A program made the position numbers and the translations under genes. From Obrimoposthia wandeli (Eukaryota): a stretch of 64,000 nucleotides of DNA. Below are positions 8,905 to 19,481 of this stretch, piece by piece. The notes under the pieces were generated by a model. It worked only from the letters and a program-made list of their open reading frames with translations. It had not been told where the DNA came from and did no database searches. The number at the start of each line of letters is the position of its first letter. The stretch's first letter is position 1. The stretch lies in the NCBI GenBank assembly GCA_977020255.1, contig CDROCS010002834.1:372001-436000 (forward strand), written 5' to 3'.

Positions 8905-11478
8905 GTGAAGTTCATAAAGCGATTACTTATTCTTGCAATAATTTGCATAACTCTTGGAGTCAGTACGATTTTTGGCTTTTACCTTTATGTAAAGCCAGAA
9001 CTCCCAGATGTGGCAACACTCAAAAATGTGGAACTACAAACCCCTATGCAGGTCTTTAGTGCCGATGGTGAATTGATTTCACAGTTTGGTGAAAAACGCC
9101 GGATACCATTAGCGTTAAAAGACATCCCACCTCAAATGATTAATGCATTCATTGCGACTGAAGACAGTCGTTTTTATCAACACCCCGGCATCGACCCGAT
9201 TGGTATTACCCGTGCAGCTTTTGTGGTGCTTACATCGGGCTCAGCCAAGCAAGGGGCAAGTACCATCACTCAGCAGCTCGCGCGAAATTTCTTCTTAACG
9301 AATGAAAAGAAGATCATGCGTAAAGTGAAAGAGATCTTTATTGCGATTCACATCGAGCAACTGCTAACGAAAGATGAAATTTTAGAGCTGTACCTCAATA
9401 AAATTTATTTGGGTTACCGCTCTTATGGTGTTGGTGCAGCAGCACAAGTGTATTTTGGCAAAGAGATTAGCCAATTAACCCTAAGTGAAATAGCGGTTAT
9501 TTCAGGCTTACCAAAAGCACCTTCAACCATGAACCCTATCTATTCATTGGATCGTTCAACCACACGTCGAAATGTGGTGCTGGGTCGTATGTTTACAGAA
9601 GGGTACATAACGCAAACCGAACTCAATCAAGCCCGTTCAGAGCCAATTATCGCTCGCTACCACGGGGCGGAAATTGAGCTAAGTGCGCCTTATTTTGCTG
9701 AACGCGCTCGTTCATGGCTTGTTGAACGCTACGGAGAAAATGCATATACCTCCGGCATGCGCGTGTATACAACGGTCGATAGCAAACTACAAAAATCCGC
9801 GCAACATGCGGCGATATCAAACTTGTTAAACTACGATCAACGCCACGGCTACCGTGGTGCAATCGCGACACTATGGCAACCTGGTCAAACGGCAATGGCG
9901 CAAGACGACATCGTCGAACACCTAAAGAAACAACCAAGCTACGGGGATCTAACCCCAGCCGTTATCACCAATGTCGACAAGAAAACGGCTAACGCCGTCA
10001 TTAAAGGCGGTGAAAATGTCACTCTTGAATGGGATGGTATGAAGTGGGCGCGTAAATTTGTCACAGATACTCGCCAAGGGGCTGCGCCCAAGAAAGCATC
10101 CGATATTTTAGCCTCTGGTCAACAAATTTGGGTTCAACCTAAAACCAAGCAAGCTGAAGACGGTACAGAAAGCACATATTGGGTACTGAGCCAAGTTCCC
10201 GATGCCAATACAGCATTCGTGGCTGCCTCTCCGCAAAACGGTGCAGTATTAGCAATGGTGGGCGGCTTTAACTTTGCGCACAGTAAATTTAACCGTGCAA
10301 CGCAGTCTGTACGCCAAGTTGGTTCAAGTATTAAACCCTTTATCTACTCAGCGGCAATTGATAACGGTATGACGCTGGCAACACTGGTTAATGATGCACC
10401 AATCAATCGCTGGGATCAGAGCCAAGGCACTGCGTGGCGTCCTAAAAATTCACCACCCACATACAATGGCCCTACCCGCTTGCGTCTTGGTTTAGCGCAA
10501 TCGAAAAACGTGATGGCGGTGCGCGTATTGCGCAGTGTAGGTTTAGATCAAACCATCAGTTTCCTAACGCGCTTTGGCTTTAAACGTGATGAGATCCCTC
10601 GCGCTGAAGCAATTGCTTTAGGAGCTGGTAGCCTAACGCCCGTTGAAATGGCGCAAGGTTTTTCCGTTTTTGCTAACGGTGGTTACTTTGTTAAACCGTA
10701 TTTCATTGAACGTGTAGAGGATGCTTACGGTAATTTAATTTATCAAGCAAACCCTAATATTGTGTGTAACGACGAATGTCAGGATGAAAAGCAATCTGCT
10801 GGAGAATCTGTTGCGACAAACCGTGCTGTTATCAACGATATCGCAATTAGCGAACAAGAGTTAGGGACTGCAGGCAGTACTCAAGAGTCGGATCAACAAC
10901 CCGTAAAATATGCCCCACAAGTTATTTCAGAATCGAATGCTTTCTTAGTTCGTGAAATGATGGCGAGTAATATTTGGGGCGGAGGCAACTGGGGTACAGG
11001 TACTGGCTGGAATGGTACGGGTTGGCGAGCTCAGGTACTTAAACGCCGAGATATTGGTGGAAAAACCGGTACAACCAATGGATCGAAAGATGCTTGGTAT
11101 TCAGGTTTCGGTCCTAATATTGTTGCGACTGCATGGGTTGGTTTTGATAAACATAGCCGTGAGCTAGGTAAAGCATCGTGGAACAATAACCTCGATAAAA
11201 ACCAAATATCTGGCGGTGAAGCGGGTGCAAAAACAGCACAACCAGCATGGATTGAATTCATGGAGGCTGCATTACAAGATGTGCCAGTGCAGACTAAACA
11301 ACTACCCGAAGATATTGTGACAGTACGTATAGACAGTGAAAGCGGCAAGCTATCGAATCGTAATGATGCTAGCTCGATGTTTGAATATTTTGAAAAAGGT
11401 ACCGAACCAACAGAAACGGTCAGTGAAAGTGGTTCTGAAAGTATTTTTGAAGCAGACAGTTCTGACGAATTGTTCTAA
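8905..11478 (+). CDS. mrcA: Penicillin-binding protein 1A
   Basis: Transglycosylase EDSRFYQHPGID and GASTITQQLARN; transpeptidase SSIK, SKN and KTGT motifs. Confidence 0.98.
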   Translation: MKFIKRLLILAIICITLGVSTIFGFYLYVKPELPDVATLKNVELQTPMQVFSADGELISQFGEKRRIPLALKDIPPQMINAFIATEDSRFYQHPGIDPIGITRAAFVVLTSGSAKQGASTITQQLARNFFLTNEKKIMRKVKEIFIAIHIEQLLTKDEILELYLNKIYLGYRSYGVGAAAQVYFGKEISQLTLSEIAVISGLPKAPSTMNPIYSLDRSTTRRNVVLGRMFTEGYITQTELNQARSEPIIARYHGAEIELSAPYFAERARSWLVERYGENAYTSGMRVYTTVDSKLQKSAQHAAISNLLNYDQRHGYRGAIATLWQPGQTAMAQDDIVEHLKKQPSYGDLTPAVITNVDKKTANAVIKGGENVTLEWDGMKWARKFVTDTRQGAAPKKASDILASGQQIWVQPKTKQAEDGTESTYWVLSQVPDANTAFVAASPQNGAVLAMVGGFNFAHSKFNRATQSVRQVGSSIKPFIYSAAIDNGMTLATLVNDAPINRWDQSQGTAWRPKNSPPTYNGPTRLRLGLAQSKNVMAVRVLRSVGLDQTISFLTRFGFKRDEIPRAEAIALGAGSLTPVEMAQGFSVFANGGYFVKPYFIERVEDAYGNLIYQANPNIVCNDECQDEKQSAGESVATNRAVINDIAISEQELGTAGSTQESDQQPVKYAPQVISESNAFLVREMMASNIWGGGNWGTGTGWNGTGWRAQVLKRRDIGGKTGTTNGSKDAWYSGFGPNIVATAWVGFDKHSRELGKASWNNNLDKNQISGGEAGAKTAQPAWIEFMEAALQDVPVQTKQLPEDIVTVRIDSESGKLSNRNDASSMFEYFEKGTEPTETVSESGSESIFEADSSDELF

Positions 11479-11502
11479 CGCGTTATTGATAATAACGTAA
11501 CG

Positions 11503-11545
11503 AAAAGAGCGTCAATACAACACCAGTATTGGCGCTCTTTTTTAT
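11503..11545. terminator. Bidirectional intrinsic terminator, mrcA/oxyR
   Basis: AAAAGAGCGTCAATAC-7 nt-GTATTGGCGCTCTTTTTT. Confidence 0.85.
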
Positions 11546-11566
11546 GCCTCAACGACACGTTAATCG

Positions 11567-12466
11567 TTATTGTTCAAAATGCGTCACCATGCGATCTTTA
11601 ATCTCTGCCGCTATTTTTTCATAGCGAGTACGTAATGGTGAGCCAGGACGATAGCATAAGGTAATTAAACGGGTCGGGATCGGATTGTGAACCTTGATAT
11701 AACAGACACCATCACGGCTACGTTCTTTCGGGATCGCAAGTTGCGGTAATAGCGTTATTCCACTTCCAGCGGCAACCATATTACGCAATGTTTCTAGGCT
11801 CGTTGCTTTAAAGCGCCCATCCTCTTTCGCCCCTGCCGCAAAGCAAAAACCCATCGCCTGATCACGTAAGCAATGTCCATCCCCTAGCATCAAGAGCGTT
11901 TCACCATGAAGGCTAGCCATATCCATCTCGTCTTTTTCAGCCCAAGGATGTGTATCAGGCACGGCCACGACCATCGGTTCATCATAGAGTGGTAATTCAA
12001 TGAAGCTTTCTGTTTCTTTTACTGCCGCCAACAGAATACAGTCTAATTTACCTTCTTCTAATAAATGCGTTAATTGACTGGTTTGGGCTTCATGAAGAAA
12101 CAGTTCGAGATCAGGAAACGATTCCCTAAACATTGGAATAATTAATGGCAATAAATAGGGTCCAACAGTAGGAATAAACCCGATATGAAGTGGTCCACTC
12201 ATACTCTCCCCTTGCTGACTCGCCAATTCCGTTAATACCTTCACTTCCAGCAGCACTTTTTGCGCTTGAGCAACTAGACTCAATCCAGCATCAGTAAAAA
12301 GTACACGACGACTGGTGCGTTCTAATAAAGACACCCCTAGCTCGTCTTCCAATTTCCGGATCTGCCCGCTTAATGTAGGTTGACTTACAAAACACGACTC
12401 TGCCGCTTTTCTGAAATGTTTGTGCTCTGATAAAGCGATAAGGTATTCAAGATCACGAATGTTCAT
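11567..12466 (-). CDS. oxyR: LysR-type peroxide sensor OxyR
   Basis: MNIRDLEYL start; both redox Cys in DGHCLRDQAMGFC; ATSLETLRNMVA. Confidence 0.98.
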   Translation of the reverse strand: MNIRDLEYLIALSEHKHFRKAAESCFVSQPTLSGQIRKLEDELGVSLLERTSRRVLFTDAGLSLVAQAQKVLLEVKVLTELASQQGESMSGPLHIGFIPTVGPYLLPLIIPMFRESFPDLELFLHEAQTSQLTHLLEEGKLDCILLAAVKETESFIELPLYDEPMVVAVPDTHPWAEKDEMDMASLHGETLLMLGDGHCLRDQAMGFCFAAGAKEDGRFKATSLETLRNMVAAGSGITLLPQLAIPKERSRDGVCYIKVHNPIPTRLITLCYRPGSPLRTRYEKIAAEIKDRMVTHFEQ

Positions 12467-12484
12467 ATTGCTCGACTTCCAACG

Positions 12485-12521
12485 ATAGGTATAAACTATC
12501 AAAACCATAGCAGCAAACGAT
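12485..12521. promoter_or_regulatory. OxyR binding site
   Basis: ATAG-N7-CTAT-N7-ATAG-N7-CGAT, matching the four-ATAG OxyR consensus with correct spacing, between divergent oxyR and prx. Confidence 0.9.
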
Positions 12522-12627
12522 TGGAGCTATCAAGCCAAAAATCACATAATCATCACATCAAAAGGGAGCACAGATTGCTACGCTCCGATTGAATCAAATA
12601 AATATTTTAAATTTAAGGAATTACATT

Positions 12628-13356
12628 ATGTTCGCATCTAAAGAAGGTCAGGCTGTACCACAAGTAACATTCCACACTCGCCAAGGCGATGCATGGGTAG
12701 ATGTTACAACTGAAGAGCTATTCGCAAATAAGACTGTGGTTTTATTTAGCCTACCAGGTGCATTTACACCGACTTGTTCTTCAAGCCACCTACCTCGTTA
12801 TAACGAGCTAGCATCTGTATTTGCAGAGCATGGCGTTGATGAGATTGTGTGTGTGTCAGTTAACGATACGTTTGTAATGAATGCATGGAAAGCAGACCAA
12901 GAAGCAGAAAATATCACATTCATTCCAGATGGTAACGGTGAATTTTCTAAAGGCATGGATATGCTAGTTGGTAAAGAAGACTTAGGTTTTGGACCTCGTT
13001 CATGGCGTTACAGCATGCTGGTTAAAAACGGCGTGGTTGAAAAAATGTTTGTTGAGCAAGAAGAACCAGGCGACCCGTTCAAAGTTTCTGATGCCGATAC
13101 TATGCTTAACTACGTAGCACCAAACCACAAGCTACAAGAATCAATCACTGTATTCTCTAAGCCTGGTTGTCCATTCTGTGCAAAAGCAAAGCAGAACCTA
13201 ATCGACAAAGGCCTTCAGTACGAAGAAGTGGTACTAGGTAAAGATGCAACAACTGTCAGCCTTCGTGCTATCACAGGTCGCAGCACAGTTCCTCAGGTAT
13301 TCATCGGTGGTAAGCACATCGGTGGCAGTGAAGAACTAGAAACATACCTAGCGTAA
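12628..13356 (+). CDS. Hybrid peroxiredoxin (Prx5 type)-glutaredoxin
   Basis: PGAFTPTCS peroxidatic motif, C-terminal Grx domain CPFC and TVPQVFIGG; start 12628 behind AAGGAA. Confidence 0.96.
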   Translation: MFASKEGQAVPQVTFHTRQGDAWVDVTTEELFANKTVVLFSLPGAFTPTCSSSHLPRYNELASVFAEHGVDEIVCVSVNDTFVMNAWKADQEAENITFIPDGNGEFSKGMDMLVGKEDLGFGPRSWRYSMLVKNGVVEKMFVEQEEPGDPFKVSDADTMLNYVAPNHKLQESITVFSKPGCPFCAKAKQNLIDKGLQYEEVVLGKDATTVSLRAITGRSTVPQVFIGGKHIGGSEELETYLA

Positions 13357-13416
13357 TTCGAGCGATAGCGCTCAAGTAACATCCGTGACTTAAACCAGAA
13401 AAGCCAACAAATAATT

Positions 13417-13452
13417 GGCGAGACAATCTGTATTTTTCGTCTCGCCTTTTTT
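13417..13452 (+). terminator. Intra-operon intrinsic terminator between prx-grx and the reductase gene
   Basis: GGCGAGAC-14 nt-GTCTCGCC-TTTTTT. Confidence 0.7.
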
Positions 13453-13474
13453 GATTTTGCTCGGAGATACCAAA

Positions 13475-14926
13475 ATGAAAACCTTGAATGTTGATGTAGC
13501 TGTTATTGGTGGTGGTACTGCTGGTCTTGGTGCTTATCGTGCAGCAAAAGCACACACAAACAGTGTTGTGATGATTGAAGGTGGCAAATACGGCACCACA
13601 TGTGCTCGCGTAGGTTGCATGCCATCGAAGCTACTTATCGCAGCCGCTGAAAGCGTTCATCAAATCGAAAAAGCACCAGGCTTCGGCATTCACCCTCAAG
13701 GTGAAATCGTGATTAACGGTCAAGAAGTCATGGCTCGCGTGAAAAGCGAACGCGACCGCTTTGTCGGATTCGTTTTGGAAGGGGTTGACGAAATTCCAGC
13801 CGAAGACAAGATTATTGGCTACGCAAAATTCGCCGATGACCATACCTTAATGATTGATGATCATACTAAGGTCATTGCTAAGCGTATTGTTGTTGCTACT
13901 GGCTCTCGTCCTGCTTACCCAGGAGTATGGAATGAGCTCGGTGATCGCCTAATCATTAATGATGATGTGTTTGAATGGAATGACTTACCTAATTCAGTCG
14001 CAGTATTTGGCCCTGGTGTTATTGGCTTGGAACTAGGTCAAGCGCTTAAGCGTCTAGGGGTTGAAGTCATTATGTTTGGTCTAGGCGGCCAAGTAGGTCC
14101 ACTGACCGATCCTGACGTCATGGCTTACGCTTATAAATCGTTCAATGAAGAATTCTACCTTGATGCTGATGTAAAAGTAGAAAGCATGAAGCGTGAAGGT
14201 GATGTGGTTGAGATTCAATATATTGGTAAAGAGGGTGAGCTAAAAAAAATCACCGTTGATTATGTATTAGCGACAACAGGTCGTCGTCCTAATGTTGATC
14301 AGTTAGATATCGGCAATACCAGCTTAGAACTTGATGCGCGTGGCGTACCAGTGGCTGATTACTACACCATGCAAACATCAGTAAGCTCGATATTTATTGC
14401 GGGCGATGCAAGCAACCAACTTCCATTACTGCATGAAGCAGCAGACCAAGCACGTATCGCGGGTGATAATGCGGGTCGCTATCCTGAGATCCGAGCCGGT
14501 CTTCGTCGCTCAAAGATTTCGGCGGTGTTCTCTGATCCACAAATCGCGATGGTGGGAGAAACCTACAAAGAACTGACGACACGTTTAGGTACTTGCGGGT
14601 GCTTTGAAACAGGTTTCGTTTCTTTCGAAGGTCAAGGGCGCTCTCGCGTTATGCTACGTAACAAAGGCATGTTACATGTCTATGGTGAACACGGTACAGG
14701 TCGCTTCCTTGGGGCTGAAATGATCGGTCCAAATGCTGAGCACTTAGCACACCTATTAGCATGGGCACACCAGAGCAAAATGACCGTTGCTGAAATGTTG
14801 GATATGCCATTTTACCATCCCGTCATTGAAGAAGGTGTGCGTACTGCACTGCGTGATTTGAACGCTAAATTGCACCTTGGTCCAGATATGATTAAACACT
14901 GCCTAGACTGTGGCCCTGGTTGTTAA
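13475..14926 (+). CDS. FAD-dependent pyridine nucleotide-disulfide oxidoreductase (dihydrolipoamide dehydrogenase-like)
   Basis: GGGTAG FAD motif, TTCARVGCMPSK dithiol, GPGVIGLE, HPVIEE His-Glu pair, tail HCLDCGPGC; start 13475 behind GGAG. Confidence 0.92.
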   Translation: MKTLNVDVAVIGGGTAGLGAYRAAKAHTNSVVMIEGGKYGTTCARVGCMPSKLLIAAAESVHQIEKAPGFGIHPQGEIVINGQEVMARVKSERDRFVGFVLEGVDEIPAEDKIIGYAKFADDHTLMIDDHTKVIAKRIVVATGSRPAYPGVWNELGDRLIINDDVFEWNDLPNSVAVFGPGVIGLELGQALKRLGVEVIMFGLGGQVGPLTDPDVMAYAYKSFNEEFYLDADVKVESMKREGDVVEIQYIGKEGELKKITVDYVLATTGRRPNVDQLDIGNTSLELDARGVPVADYYTMQTSVSSIFIAGDASNQLPLLHEAADQARIAGDNAGRYPEIRAGLRRSKISAVFSDPQIAMVGETYKELTTRLGTCGCFETGFVSFEGQGRSRVMLRNKGMLHVYGEHGTGRFLGAEMIGPNAEHLAHLLAWAHQSKMTVAEMLDMPFYHPVIEEGVRTALRDLNAKLHLGPDMIKHCLDCGPGC

Positions 14927-14983
14927 TAAGTACGACGCACAAGCACTCTTAATAACCAATAAAATAATACCGTTAAATTCTTT

Positions 14984-15010
14984 GCCCTCCCCCCTACGGA
15001 GGGCTTTTTT
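14984..15010 (+). terminator. Intrinsic terminator after the reductase gene
   Basis: GCCCTCC-7 nt-GGAGGGC-TTTTTT. Confidence 0.85.
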
Positions 15011-15072
15011 CGTTACACCGAGATCGTCGAGCGTTACAATACAGAAGAAGTTCGTTAATCAAAGTGGACCAG

Positions 15073-15321
15073 ATGGGATGTAACCTGTGTAAAAGTGACG
15101 CATTTAATCAACAAGCATTTAAAAACAAGCTCGGTCGTTGCCGTCAATGTATGTGGCAACTTGTCCTACTAAGTAGCTTGAGCTGGGGAGCTTGGGGCTA
15201 TTTTTATCAAGATACCCCCACGGTGGTTGAATCCATTACATTAATATTTGCAGCCAGTGCCTTCTCATTATTACTCAGCGCTCACCTCATCACGGCTTTG
15301 ATTCGGTACTGTCGCCAATAA
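15073..15321 (+). CDS. Small Cys-motif membrane protein, DUF3624-like
   Basis: MGCNLC...KLGRCRQC followed by two hydrophobic helices; pattern recalled for DUF3624. Confidence 0.75.
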   Translation: MGCNLCKSDAFNQQAFKNKLGRCRQCMWQLVLLSSLSWGAWGYFYQDTPTVVESITLIFAASAFSLLLSAHLITALIRYCRQ

Positions 15322-15357
15322 AAAATCCGGCACTATGTTTTTCATAGTTACCGGATT
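15319..15357 (-). terminator. Terminator of the arg operon
   Basis: Minus strand ATCCGG-TA-ACTATG-AAAAA-CATAGT-G-CCGGAT followed by a T run. Confidence 0.65.
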
Positions 15358-15404
15358 GATTCGTGCAATCTCACTCACGCATTTTAATTAGCCGTTCAAC
15401 ACGC

Positions 15405-17282
15405 TTACGCGACGTTCACGGTTGGGATTGCTTGTTCGCAACCTAAACGCACTTCTAGTGCCACTTCATCACACGCATGCTGACGTGGACAACGGTCACA
15501 ATCTTTCATCACTTTTTCTGGCAGTAATGATTTCGAGGTTGGAATAAAGCCCTGCTTCATAAAAAACTCTGGCAGTCGTGTCAGTACAAAAACCTTTTTG
15601 ATTGCCATTTGATCCGCTTTCTCAATCAAATGTTCAACAATCGCTTTCCCCTGACCTTGTTCTTGCCAACCCGCTTCGATTCCTAGCGAACGGATTTCAG
15701 CTAACCCCGAGTCATAAACATATAACGACGCACAGCCCGTTACGACACCATGGTGTTCTGCCACGGCAAATGAGCCAATATCTCGGACTAATTCATTCCG
15801 TTTTCTCGGCAAGTTTTCACCCAGCCCAGCCCAGTAAACCACCATGCTTTCAATGGCATCAAGATCGGTTAAACGCGCACCACGCACTTTAACGCCCGGT
15901 GAATAACGTTTTTCTAAACGCTTCTCAACCTGCTCAATCGCATAATCAACCTGATTGGGTGCGACACCGCCTAAGGCACAACGTTTATCAAGGCATGATT
16001 GAATCGTCAGAATGGAATAAACATCCTCTTCAATAACCGCCGAAAATTGTTTCATCTCGTCGAGAGATAATTCTTCTAACGCGCAGCCTTTCGCAATGGC
16101 AGCAACAACAGCAACCCCCACAATATGGTGAGCTTCACGGAAGGGAATGCCTTTTGATACCAAGTAATCTGCAAGCTCGGTTGCATTCGAATAACCTTGC
16201 ATTGCGGCTTCTAGGGTACGTTCTTTATTAACTTGAATACCGTCGAAACATAACGCTGCCATTTCCATACAGTCATGCCAGCTATCAAGCGCATCGAAAA
16301 GACCTTCTTTGTCTTCTTGCATGTCTTTGTTGTATGCCAGAGGTAGGGCTTTAACGGTCATCATCATGCCCGTCATTGCACCATAAACACGGCCACATTT
16401 ACCACGGATAAGTTCAAGCGCATCAGGGTTTTTCTTCTGTGGCATCAACGACGATCCTGATGTCACGGTATCGGCTAACTCGATGAAATTTGATTCACCT
16501 GAGTTGTAAAAAATTAAATCTTCAGCCATACGTGAGAGGTGAAGCATCGAGATAGAAGCAACCGAAAGTAGCTCCATCACATGATCACGATCAGACACGG
16601 AATCTAAACTGTTACGCGTCGCACGGTGGAAACCTAAACTGTGCGCAAGTACTTCACGATCAATCGGATATGCCGTGCCTGCTAACGCGCCAGATCCTAA
16701 CGGACAAGTATCTAGACGATCTAAAGCATCACTTAAACGCGAGTGGTCACGCTCAAACATCTCGACATACGCTAAGCACCAATGTGCAAAGGTAACAGGC
16801 TGAGCACGCTGCAAGTGCGTATAACCGGGTAATACCGTACCTTGATGAGCACGAGCCACAGAAACAAATTGATTCTGTAATTTGTCGAGCATAAGCAGAA
16901 GCTGCTGACCTTGTTGACGGCACCACAATTTTAAATCGGTTGCCACTTGGTCATTACGAGAACGCCCTGTGTGTAATTTTTTACCCAAATCACCCACTTT
17001 GCTGATCAGTTGCTGTTCAACCCAACTATGGATATCTTCAGCATCCGAGCGCAAAATTTGCTCTGGATCTTCCATTACCGCCAGTTTTAGCTCATTCAAT
17101 GCTAATTCTAAACGCTGCTGCTCTTCTTCTGTTAAAACATTAACCTGTCGTAATGCTTTTGACCATGCAATAGAACCAACGATGTCTTGCTCCGCCAAAC
17201 GGTAATCAAAACGTAATGAATCGTTAAACTGCTTAAACCGTGTGTCAGCTGCCTGACTAAAACGTCCGCCCCATAATGCCAT
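15405..17282 (-). CDS. argH: Bifunctional argininosuccinate lyase / N-acetylglutamate synthase ArgH(A)
   Basis: [20 protein letters not shown] lyase signature, plus a ~160-aa C-terminal GNAT domain (AEIRSLG...[26 protein letters not shown]). Confidence 0.97.
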   Translation of the reverse strand: MALWGGRFSQAADTRFKQFNDSLRFDYRLAEQDIVGSIAWSKALRQVNVLTEEEQQRLELALNELKLAVMEDPEQILRSDAEDIHSWVEQQLISKVGDLGKKLHTGRSRNDQVATDLKLWCRQQGQQLLLMLDKLQNQFVSVARAHQGTVLPGYTHLQRAQPVTFAHWCLAYVEMFERDHSRLSDALDRLDTCPLGSGALAGTAYPIDREVLAHSLGFHRATRNSLDSVSDRDHVMELLSVASISMLHLSRMAEDLIFYNSGESNFIELADTVTSGSSLMPQKKNPDALELIRGKCGRVYGAMTGMMMTVKALPLAYNKDMQEDKEGLFDALDSWHDCMEMAALCFDGIQVNKERTLEAAMQGYSNATELADYLVSKGIPFREAHHIVGVAVVAAIAKGCALEELSLDEMKQFSAVIEEDVYSILTIQSCLDKRCALGGVAPNQVDYAIEQVEKRLEKRYSPGVKVRGARLTDLDAIESMVVYWAGLGENLPRKRNELVRDIGSFAVAEHHGVVTGCASLYVYDSGLAEIRSLGIEAGWQEQGQGKAIVEHLIEKADQMAIKKVFVLTRLPEFFMKQGFIPTSKSLLPEKVMKDCDRCPRQHACDEVALEVRLGCEQAIPTVNVA

Positions 17283-17394
17283 GGTACTACTCCTATGCTT
17301 TACTGCTCGACTTGCTCATTGCTTCATTATTGTTATAACGGCTCACCTCACCTTCTGCAATATTCAGTCAAAAGGCAAGATGAAAGTCACTTTG

Positions 17395-18609
17395 TTATTT
17401 TTGTTTTTTCTGTGTATTCAATGCACGGATACGACTTGCTAACGAGTAAAGGCGAATGAAACCACCAGCATGGCTGTGATCGTAAACGTCATCTTCACCG
17501 AAGGTTGCAAACTCTTCAGAGTACAAGCTATTCATTGAACGTTTCTGAATCACTGTAGCTTGACCTTTATACAGCTTCACTACAACTTCACCACTCACAT
17601 CTTGAGCCAATTCATCTGCTGCTGCTAACATCGATTTACAAAGCGGGGTAAACCAACGCCCGTCATAAATAAGGTGTGACGCTTTAAGACCTACCGTCTC
17701 ACGGAATTCATACGACTCTTTATCAAGCACTAATTGCTCTACCGCACGTAACGCTTCGTTCATGATTGTGCCGCCTGGCGTTTCATAACAACCACGAGAC
17801 TTAATACCAACCAAACGGTTTTCAACGATATCGATACGGCCCACACCGTGTTCTGCCCCTTTTTCATTTAGGTAAGTAAGGGCATTAAACGGCGACATTG
17901 CTTCACCATCGACAGCAACAACTTCACCTTTTTCCACCAAGATAGACACAGTTTCAGCTTTTTCTGGTGCATTCTCAGGATCTTTCGTCCAAACCCAGCA
18001 CAGTTCGTTCGACTGATTCCAGGTATTTTCTAACACCCCACCTTCTGTTGAAATGTGCCATGCGTTTGCATCACGAGAGTAGATTTTTTCAAGTGATGCC
18101 GTACAAGGAATATCACGCTCGGCAAGGTAATCTAGCAATGCTTCACGGCTACGTAGATCCCACTCACGCCATGGTGCAATCACCGTTAGTTGAGGAGCAA
18201 GCGCGGCATACGCACCTTCAAAACGAACCTGATCGTTACCTTTACCGGTACAGCCATGACATACAGCATCAGCACCGACGGCTAATGCACATTCAACTTG
18301 TGCTTTCGCGATAATAGGGCGTGCCATTGACGTACCCAACAAGTACTTACCTTCGTAAATAGCACCTGTCTTGAGGCTTGGGTAGATGTAATCTGCTACC
18401 ATTTCTTCTTTTAGATCGGCGATGTAGCAAGATGATGCGCCAGATGCGATCGCTTTCTCTTCAATACCTTCAAGCTCAGCGGCACCTTGACCAACATCAG
18501 CCACAAAAGCGACAACTTCACAGTCATAGTTTTCTTTTAACCATGGGATGATTGCTGATGTATCTAGACCGCCGGAATAGGCTAATACGACTTTAGTTAC
18601 CTTACTCAT
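17395..18609 (-). CDS. argG: Argininosuccinate synthase
   Basis: [36 protein letters not shown]. Confidence 0.98.
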   Translation of the reverse strand: MSKVTKVVLAYSGGLDTSAIIPWLKENYDCEVVAFVADVGQGAAELEGIEEKAIASGASSCYIADLKEEMVADYIYPSLKTGAIYEGKYLLGTSMARPIIAKAQVECALAVGADAVCHGCTGKGNDQVRFEGAYAALAPQLTVIAPWREWDLRSREALLDYLAERDIPCTASLEKIYSRDANAWHISTEGGVLENTWNQSNELCWVWTKDPENAPEKAETVSILVEKGEVVAVDGEAMSPFNALTYLNEKGAEHGVGRIDIVENRLVGIKSRGCYETPGGTIMNEALRAVEQLVLDKESYEFRETVGLKASHLIYDGRWFTPLCKSMLAAADELAQDVSGEVVVKLYKGQATVIQKRSMNSLYSEEFATFGEDDVYDHSHAGGFIRLYSLASRIRALNTQKKQK

Positions 18610-18691
18610 GATGCTCTCCTTGTGCCCGTTCGACGGTCATACCGCTCAGGCGTTTCTTATTAAAATGGCTTATTAAATACAGATTGAAATC

Positions 18692-19471
18692 TTAACTTGA
18701 GAACTTGGTCCCGATGTTTTGCCCATCAAACAAAGCCGCTAATTTATCGGGATAACGCCACGTCGCCACTTCGATAGGACGACCTAACGCTTTTGCCGCT
18801 TCAATAGCCGCACGAACTTTTACTATCATGCCGTCAGTAATAACCGCTTGTGTGATTAAGTCTTCTGCTTGCTGCTCTGTTAGTGTTGGAATTAAATAAC
18901 CTTTGCCATCTAACACACCGCTCACATCAGATAACAGAACTAATTCAGCATCTAATGCGGCAGCAACGGCCACTGCAGCTTGATCGGCATTGACGTTCAT
19001 CAATTCGCCATTAGCATCCAAACCAATTGAGCTCACTATTGGTAAATAACCTGACGACATAATCTGGCTAACCAGTGCACCATTGCCAGGTGCCGCTTTG
19101 CCTACCGACCCTAACTCTGGGTCTAGTTCAGTAACGAGACATAAGCCACCATCAGCCAAACTTAGCCCTACCGCCGCAACACCTGACTTAATCGCTTGCC
19201 CTTGCAGCATTTTATTCGCAGTTCCGGCTAACGCACCGACAATAAAAGGGATTTGCGCTTTAGGTGTCACTCTTAAGCCTTCTTTCTTAACCGTTTCCAG
19301 TTGCAGCTGCTTCATCAAATCATCAACAAGGTAGCCACCACCATGCACCAGCAGTAATGGCCGCTGTGCCGACGCTTGATATGCACTGATCGCGGTAAAT
19401 AATTTTTCAAGGGTGTCGTTACATGACAGAACAGCACCACCTAACTTAATAACTAAAGGGATCTGGCTCAT
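18692..19471 (-). CDS. argB: Acetylglutamate kinase
   Basis: [28 protein letters not shown]. Confidence 0.97.
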   Translation of the reverse strand: MSQIPLVIKLGGAVLSCNDTLEKLFTAISAYQASAQRPLLLVHGGGYLVDDLMKQLQLETVKKEGLRVTPKAQIPFIVGALAGTANKMLQGQAIKSGVAAVGLSLADGGLCLVTELDPELGSVGKAAPGNGALVSQIMSSGYLPIVSSIGLDANGELMNVNADQAAVAVAAALDAELVLLSDVSGVLDGKGYLIPTLTEQQAEDLITQAVITDGMIVKVRAAIEAAKALGRPIEVATWRYPDKLAALFDGQNIGTKFSS

Positions 19472-19481
19472 AGTGATGCTC

